Shown one piece after another: positions 58,423 through 64,000 of a stretch of 64,000 nt of DNA. Under the pieces are notes generated by a model. It saw only the letters and a program-made list of their open reading frames with translations. It made no database searches and was not told where the DNA came from. Numbering within the stretch: position 1 is the first letter of the stretch; every line of letters begins with the position of its first letter. A program made the position numbers and the translations under genes. Where the stretch lies: contig JAJRPF010000044.1 of assembly GCA_024280885.1 (NCBI GenBank), forward strand, positions 25,622-89,621. Direction: 5' to 3'. The DNA comes from Planctomycetota bacterium (lineage in GTDB: Bacteria; Planctomycetota; JAJSAM01; JAJVHW01).

Positions 58423-59394
58423 ATGAGTCGAGCCAGAGGAGAGGTCCGGCGGGTCACCCGATACCGCGACGCGCGCACGCCCGCGGGATCGATGAACCTG
58501 ATTCACGACACCTGGGGACTGCCCGCGATCTCGCGCGGTGTGCTTCGGTGGCGAACGACAATCCCGCGCGGAGTCGCGGTCGTCACCACCATGACCGCAG
58601 TCATCGCCTCGCCAATGCTCGGGGGCATGTGGGAAGGCGTACTCCCTGTCGCGTTGGCCACGGCGTTCATCGTGTGGATGACTGCCCGGGTGCGACAGGT
58701 CCGTCGACGCACGTTGGCTGCGCAGCACAAGGACGATCCGTGGAATGCGATCCCCTACTGGCGTTCGCGCGTTGTTGCGCTGCCCGCGTGGCAGCGGTGC
58801 GCCCCGCTTCTCGGTCCCCTCGTCGTCTCGTTGGCAATGGCCGCATGGATCGCCCTCGGCGGTCAGGTCGTTCTTCCGGTCGCGCGTCTCGGCGCAGGCG
58901 TGGCGTTGGGGCTGTGGTGCGCGTATCTCGCGTATCGTCTGCAAAATGCCATCTTCCTCGGGATGACCGAGGTGCGCCTGCGCGAGGTGCCCATGCGCGC
59001 GCGAGCCCCGGTCGTGATGGACTTCGCGGTGGGCCCCCGGGGTGCCGACTTCGAGAGCATCAAGTTCGTCCTGATGCGCCTCGTGGACGTGCCTGGAGTG
59101 CGCGTGGGTCTTGGCGGCCCCTCCGGCTGGACCGGGACGTCGCATTGGGGCGAGTACGAACTCCCCTCCGACCAACCCCCGCCGGCACCAGGCGAACAGG
59201 TCGAAGTCCACTTCGACCTACCGACGAATGCGTCCGGGACCGACACGGCCCGCGACCTCCCGGTGTACTGGATGCTGGAGGTCACGGGCGACACGTCGTG
59301 CGGGCGCTACTCCGAGCGCTTTCCGATCCCGATCTACGATCTGCCCGCGGAGGGCGAAACCGCGGGGACCGAACCAGAGCCGCGCTCCGCCTGA
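58423..59394 (+). CDS. Membrane protein with C-terminal arrestin/Ig-like soluble domain (start uncertain)
   Basis: Four hydrophobic segments; VHFDLP...YWMLEV...RFPIPIY pattern. Confidence 0.55.
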   Translation: MSRARGEVRRVTRYRDARTPAGSMNLIHDTWGLPAISRGVLRWRTTIPRGVAVVTTMTAVIASPMLGGMWEGVLPVALATAFIVWMTARVRQVRRRTLAAQHKDDPWNAIPYWRSRVVALPAWQRCAPLLGPLVVSLAMAAWIALGGQVVLPVARLGAGVALGLWCAYLAYRLQNAIFLGMTEVRLREVPMRARAPVVMDFAVGPRGADFESIKFVLMRLVDVPGVRVGLGGPSGWTGTSHWGEYELPSDQPPPAPGEQVEVHFDLPTNASGTDTARDLPVYWMLEVTGDTSCGRYSERFPIPIYDLPAEGETAGTEPEPRSA

Positions 59395-59404
59395 CGCGGC
59401 GTTC

Positions 59405-62065
59405 TCAGTCTTCGATGGGCGTGTCGGCCGAGATCTGGATCACCGTTGCCCCAGCAACATGCCGGTAGCGATCTGGAACACACGTCAGCACGATCACCTG
59501 GCAGTGCTTCCCCGCGAGTGAGAGCACGGCGCCAATCGCCTGCAGCCGCGCCGGATCGCTGTACCCGAGGGCGTCGTCGAGGATCAGCGGAACGCCGTCG
59601 TCATCCGACACGATCATCGCGGCGGCGAGTCGCGTGAGCAGATCGAGTTGCTCCTGCGCACCACCGGAGAGACCGTCGTACGGCACGGTGCGCTCGTCGA
59701 GCGTGCGGTTCACGATGCGGAGATCGTCGCCCAACTCGATGTCGAACGCACCTCCGAAGACCAACTTCCCGAGCGAGACGATCTTCTCCTTCAGCGGGCG
59801 CACGTAGGCGCGCCGCGCGTCGTCGCGGTGGGCCGCCAGCGTGCGATAGAGTCGATCAGCGGAATCCGCGCGGCGTCGCAGTCCGTCAGCGAGACGACGC
59901 CCATGCAGTAGCGCCGTCTCGACGCGGTCGAGTTGCTCGGCCAACCCCTCCTGCCCCGCTTCCTTCAGACGTGTGCGGATGCGGAGGGCCTCGTCTTGCG
60001 TCGCCCGGAGTTGCGCCCGCGTCGATGTGACTGCAGCCGTAGCGGCGTCGAGCAGCCGACGTACGTCGGCCGGGCCGGTCGCGTCGAGTTCCTTGCGCGC
60101 CTCGGCGGCTTGCTCTGCGGAGCCCTTCGCGGCTGCGAGCCGTTCCTCAACGCGTTCGGAGAGCGCCGCGTCGATCACTGTCGAGCGCGCTTCTGTCAAC
60201 TCCACCGCCACGCGCGCGGCCTCGCGCTCGGCGACCTCTCGGCGGGCGCGGCAGCCCTCGGCGGCGATCTGCAGGCGCTGCACCTCATCGCGCGCGGTCT
60301 CGTGCGCACGGCGCGCGTCGTCCAAGGCGATGGCGGCGGAGTCTCTGGCTGAACTCGCGCTCGCGAGCGTCTCCTGCGCCGCGTCGAAGTCGCTCGGGAC
60401 GTCCTCGGCTCCCGCGACTGCACCACGCTCGGCGACATACGCCGCCACGCGCTGCGCGAGCTTTCCGTGCTTGCGATCGATCGCAGTACGCGAGAGATCG
60501 CGGAGATCCTGCTTCACCACCTCGTCGCGCCGGGCGACGATGCGCTCCGCCTCTTGCCGCTGCGCGAGCGCCTCTTCTGCCGCGGCGACGTCGCTTGCAC
60601 CGACCCGTTCGAGTGCATCGGCGAGCGCCGACTCCGCGTGCAGCAACTCGGCCCTCAACTGCGCGGCATCGCCCGCCGGACGTACGCTGACCTTCACAAC
60701 GCCCGGTGCCTCGATGACGACCTCGTCGAGTGCCGCGAGCGACCGCGTCTCGCCCGCGTCCATGGAACTGTCCGTGTCCCCTGTGCGCACCGACACGTCC
60801 GTCTCCGCAACGATCTCCACGCGTGGACTGCCCGCTTCGGCCCGAACGCGGGCGGCGGCCACATCGCGCTCGGCAGCGCGTAGCGCGCTCAGCGTGGCGG
60901 CGTCGATGCGCGCGTCCGCGAGCTTTGCCTCAGCCTCCTCTGCGGCCTCATCTGCGGCGACGATCCGGGCGCGACGCTCGTCGAGAGTCTGATAGTCGAG
61001 TTCGTCGCGCCGGAACGCGAGGTCGTCGCTGCGCACCGCGAAGACGGCAGCGGTCGCGGTGTCCTGGCCGCGCGCGTCCGCGAGCGCCGCAGTTGCCGCG
61101 GCGAGCGCCGTCGCGGCACGCTCTGTCGCCGGGTCGCCCGCTGTCGCCTCCTCAACGGCCAGCTTCGCCGCCTCCGCTGCTGCCGCCGCCCGTTCGACAA
61201 GGACCTCGCGAGCGCTCCGTTCGCGTGTTGCGGCTTCGCCTTGTGCGCCCGCCGCCGCTGCGTTCGCTTCGAGGCGCTCCACTTCTGCGACACGACGCTC
61301 GACGACGCGCATCTCCTCCGTCCGAAGCGCCGCGTCCGTCTCATCCTTCGCCAGCCGTGCGCGAGCATCCGCTTCCTCGCGCACGAGATCGCGGCTGCGT
61401 GCGACGTCTGCTTCGAGCCGTCGCAACCGCTCCGTGAGCTCGTCACGGCGCGCCTCTGCGTCGGTGACCGCTGCCGCCGACTCGGTGAGCGCCTTCTTCT
61501 CCTTGCCGGTTGCCGTGAAGTAGGTCTCGCGTTCCGCGCGGACCCGCTCGAAGAGCGACGCCGCGTCGTCGTCGGTCTGCGCCGAACCGGCCGCGCGGTC
61601 GAGCGCCGCAGACAGCGACCGACTCTCGGCCAGGTCCGGCAACTTCAGCTCCGCCCCTTGCTCGATTCGCAACGCCTTCCACAGATCGACATCGACCGAC
61701 TCGGCCAGGATCGCCTCGACGCGTTCGTGCGCCTCGTCCCCGGTCAGACTCTCCGCGCGCGGCGCCGTGACCGTGAGCTCCGTCTCGGCCTTCTTCATGA
61801 ACCGCTTGCGATACGTGAAGCGATACGGGCCCGCTTCGACGTCGGCCTCGACCTCGGGGCCCGCGTCGCGATGCACCGGATCGGCCGCCTTCACGCTGCG
61901 ATGCTTGCTGCGGTCCTTGTAGCCAAAGAGCAGATCGAGGGCCTGCGCGAGGCTCGACTTCCCCGCCTCGTTGGGGCCTGCAATCACGGTGACACCGTCG
62001 CCCAGGTGGACCGTGTTCTCGGCGACGCCCTTGAAGTTGCGAAGGTGAATGCGGCGCAACTTCAT
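59405..62065 (-). CDS. Rad50/SbcC-like AAA ATPase with long coiled coil
   Basis: Walker A GPNEAGKS; LSGGAQEQ signature; LILDDALGYSD Walker B/D-loop. Confidence 0.88.
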   Translation of the reverse strand: MKLRRIHLRNFKGVAENTVHLGDGVTVIAGPNEAGKSSLAQALDLLFGYKDRSKHRSVKAADPVHRDAGPEVEADVEAGPYRFTYRKRFMKKAETELTVTAPRAESLTGDEAHERVEAILAESVDVDLWKALRIEQGAELKLPDLAESRSLSAALDRAAGSAQTDDDAASLFERVRAERETYFTATGKEKKALTESAAAVTDAEARRDELTERLRRLEADVARSRDLVREEADARARLAKDETDAALRTEEMRVVERRVAEVERLEANAAAAGAQGEAATRERSAREVLVERAAAAAEAAKLAVEEATAGDPATERAATALAAATAALADARGQDTATAAVFAVRSDDLAFRRDELDYQTLDERRARIVAADEAAEEAEAKLADARIDAATLSALRAAERDVAAARVRAEAGSPRVEIVAETDVSVRTGDTDSSMDAGETRSLAALDEVVIEAPGVVKVSVRPAGDAAQLRAELLHAESALADALERVGASDVAAAEEALAQRQEAERIVARRDEVVKQDLRDLSRTAIDRKHGKLAQRVAAYVAERGAVAGAEDVPSDFDAAQETLASASSARDSAAIALDDARRAHETARDEVQRLQIAAEGCRARREVAEREAARVAVELTEARSTVIDAALSERVEERLAAAKGSAEQAAEARKELDATGPADVRRLLDAATAAVTSTRAQLRATQDEALRIRTRLKEAGQEGLAEQLDRVETALLHGRRLADGLRRRADSADRLYRTLAAHRDDARRAYVRPLKEKIVSLGKLVFGGAFDIELGDDLRIVNRTLDERTVPYDGLSGGAQEQLDLLTRLAAAMIVSDDDGVPLILDDALGYSDPARLQAIGAVLSLAGKHCQVIVLTCVPDRYRHVAGATVIQISADTPIED

Positions 62066-63186
62066 GCGCGGCTCCCCGCCAGACGGACGAGCAACGCCAG
62101 CGCGTCGCGGGCCGTCGTGTCGCCGCCTTCCGCCTCAGACCGCAACTCGTCACGCGCCGCGGCGGCAAAGCCCGAGAGATCGAGATCCGCGAAGTCCGTG
62201 TCGTCCGGGACCACCGCGAGATCGGTGTGTCGGCCCCATTCGTCCACGCCCGCGAAGACGACGCGCGCCTCCTCCAGCAACGTGTCGAGACGGGCCTTCT
62301 GCGTCAGGGTCAGCGTGCCGGTGAAGGCGACGCGCAGGATCGTCCGTTCGCGGTTGGGGAACGCATCGAGCGTTGCCTCCAGATTGTCGAGGTCGTCCAC
62401 GCCGTCGAGCGCGATCGCCCGATCCGCGAAGCACCACGTCCCGACGTCATGCGGTGTCACGCTGCACTGCTCTCCGGCGATCTCCACGACGAGCGCACGC
62501 CCCGCATCGACCTCGCGGAAATCCGTCGGCTCGGGCGCACCGGCGTACCAGATGCGTCCCGTTGCGCCGACGTCCGTCGTCGAGTGTCGATCACCGAGCG
62601 CGAGATAGTGGATGCGACCATCGGCGAGGGCCGACTCCGCTTCGGCGACGAGAATGCGCGCGGGGTCGTCGGCATCGGGCGAGAGCAGATCGACGGCGCC
62701 GTGGCCGACCATCACACGCACGATCCCCGGTGCCGGTTCGAGCCCTGCGAGCACACCACCTACGAGATCTGTGAGCGGCCGCTTCGAAGTCCACGGAGCG
62801 CCGACCACCTCGACCCCCGGCGTCACCTCCACAGGTTCCGTCGAGTCGAGCACCTGCACGTTCGTCGGCTTGCCGTCCGCGAAGGCGTCGGAGCGGAAGA
62901 TCGATGCAGCGTCGAGCGGATCGTGGTTGCCGGGCAGCAGGTAGACGGGAACCGTGAACGCCCCGAGCGCATCGAGCGCCCGCGCAACCGTCCGCCGCTC
63001 AAGCTGGTTGTGCTCGAACACATCACCCGAGACCACCGCGAACGCGCACTCCGTCTCGTCCGCAATCCGCGCGAGCGTCTTCACCGCATCGATGCGCGCC
63101 TGCGTGAAGCGCGCCTGCGCATCCTCGTCAAGGAAGTGCCGGGTCATCCCCAGTTGCCAGTCAGCGGAGTGCAGAAAACGCGTCAA
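62062..63186 (-). CDS. Mre11/SbcD-like metallophosphoesterase nuclease
   Basis: LHSADWQLG, SGDVF, LPGNHD, LGDRH; ATGA overlap with the ATPase gene. Confidence 0.9.
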   Translation of the reverse strand: MTRFLHSADWQLGMTRHFLDEDAQARFTQARIDAVKTLARIADETECAFAVVSGDVFEHNQLERRTVARALDALGAFTVPVYLLPGNHDPLDAASIFRSDAFADGKPTNVQVLDSTEPVEVTPGVEVVGAPWTSKRPLTDLVGGVLAGLEPAPGIVRVMVGHGAVDLLSPDADDPARILVAEAESALADGRIHYLALGDRHSTTDVGATGRIWYAGAPEPTDFREVDAGRALVVEIAGEQCSVTPHDVGTWCFADRAIALDGVDDLDNLEATLDAFPNRERTILRVAFTGTLTLTQKARLDTLLEEARVVFAGVDEWGRHTDLAVVPDDTDFADLDLSGFAAAARDELRSEAEGGDTTARDALALLVRLAGSRA

Positions 63187-63544
63187 GAGGGAGAGCCTAT
63201 CGTCGCCCAGGGTCAGGGGAACAACTCACGTTCGGGCCCGATCGATTCACCGCCGTCGCGTCGCCCGTCCCGGACGCCCGCCCTCGCCCTCCGGGCACAC
63301 TCAAGACACCGCCCCGCCGTCCCCGGTCGGCGGCGGAGCGACGACGTCTCTCGTCGAGGCCCGGTGGCCCGCAGACGCCGGGGTACGATCCACGCGACGA
63401 GGCTCTCTACTGGCAGCTTGGGAACAAGCGCGATGCCCGCCCGTTGTTGGTACCGGGCCAGGGGCGACCTGGGGCTACGGGACCGCGACCGCGCGGTCGA
63501 CGCGGAACACACGGTCCCGTACGATGACGCCGTGCGCGAAACAC

Positions 63545-63616
63545 CGAAGTACTGAACCCGGATGAATTCTTCGGACCACCCCACGTCCGAAGAATTCATC
63601 CGGGTTCAGTACTTCG
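63545..63616. repeat. Perfect 32-bp inverted repeat with 8-nt loop
   Basis: cgaagtactgaacccggatgaattcttcggac-caccccac-gtccgaagaattcatccgggttcagtacttcg. Confidence 0.95.
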
Positions 63617-63648
63617 CGAGCCGCTATTCTCATGCAGAGGAAGGGGTG

Positions 63649-64000
63649 ATGATGCGTACCGATCCGAGAGTGGAGCGCCGCCGACGAGCGGCGCTGGGAC
63701 TAAGCCTGGTCGCAATCGTTCTCGCGGTCGTGCTCTGGCGGAGCGCGGCGACGGTTGATCCCGCACCTGCTAGGCCTGAACAAGTGCAACAAGCTCCGTC
63801 GCGCGCCAACTCCACGCCACAGTCACGCGTTCGCGTCAGTGTGCCAGCGCCGAGCGAGCCGCTGGCGGCAGAGGTCGCAGACACTGCTCCGCCGCTCCCC
63901 TCGGAGCCGGAGTGCGTGGACCTCGTCGTTCGCGATGTCTGGAACGACGCGCCCGTCACGTCGATCACGTTCGAGCTGGGGGGCGCGGCGACCGAGGCGG
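63649..64000 (+). CDS. Membrane-anchored hypothetical protein (runs off the window)
   Basis: Purine-rich RBS; MMRTDPRVERRRRAALGLSLVAIVLAVVLW then a Pro/Ala-rich linker; frame open to the end. Confidence 0.6.
   Translation, partial: MMRTDPRVERRRRAALGLSLVAIVLAVVLWRSAATVDPAPARPEQVQQAPSRANSTPQSRVRVSVPAPSEPLAAEVADTAPPLPSEPECVDLVVRDVWNDAPVTSITFELGGAATEA

Noticed and set aside
63219-63233. GAAC-N7-GTTC upstream of the Mre11-like gene
   Set aside because: Single occurrence that does not match the motif at lexA and imuB; likely chance
63187-63544. ORFs in the gap upstream of the Mre11-like gene (63213-63599 minus)
   Set aside because: No recognisable protein, the ORF runs through the palindrome, and interrupted alternative frames are unconvincing

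Overview
GC-rich bacterial genomic window. It is probably Planctomycetota (inferred from a DUF1592/DUF1552 pair, a Ser/Thr-kinase-coupled ECF sigma, a PEP-CTERM protein and 5 ECF sigma factors in 64 kb). About 55 CDS; no rRNA, tRNA, CRISPR array or transposase seen. The central feature is an SOS mutagenesis cassette, lexA-imuA-[FitA-like RHH antitoxin + VapC/PIN toxin + MITE-like element]-imuB-dnaE2. The toxin-antitoxin module splits the cassette. The lexA and imuB promoters both carry the same 18-22 bp palindrome TAC(A/G)GAC-N4-GTC(T/C)GTA, a candidate undescribed SOS box. Other items of note: a coupled operon with a fatty-acid-desaturase/SAM-fold fusion and an LtaS/sulfatase-like membrane enzyme; a BlaI/BlaR1 pair whose sensor is STN/secretin-N-like repeats; a tandem two-zinc-finger anti-sigma; an S9 peptidase coupled to a heme c + copper monooxygenase; an Mre11/Rad50-like pair lacking a CxxC hook; two families of dispersed inverted-repeat elements; and a structured 470-bp intergenic region. 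All product calls come from motif recognition by eye, with no database searches.
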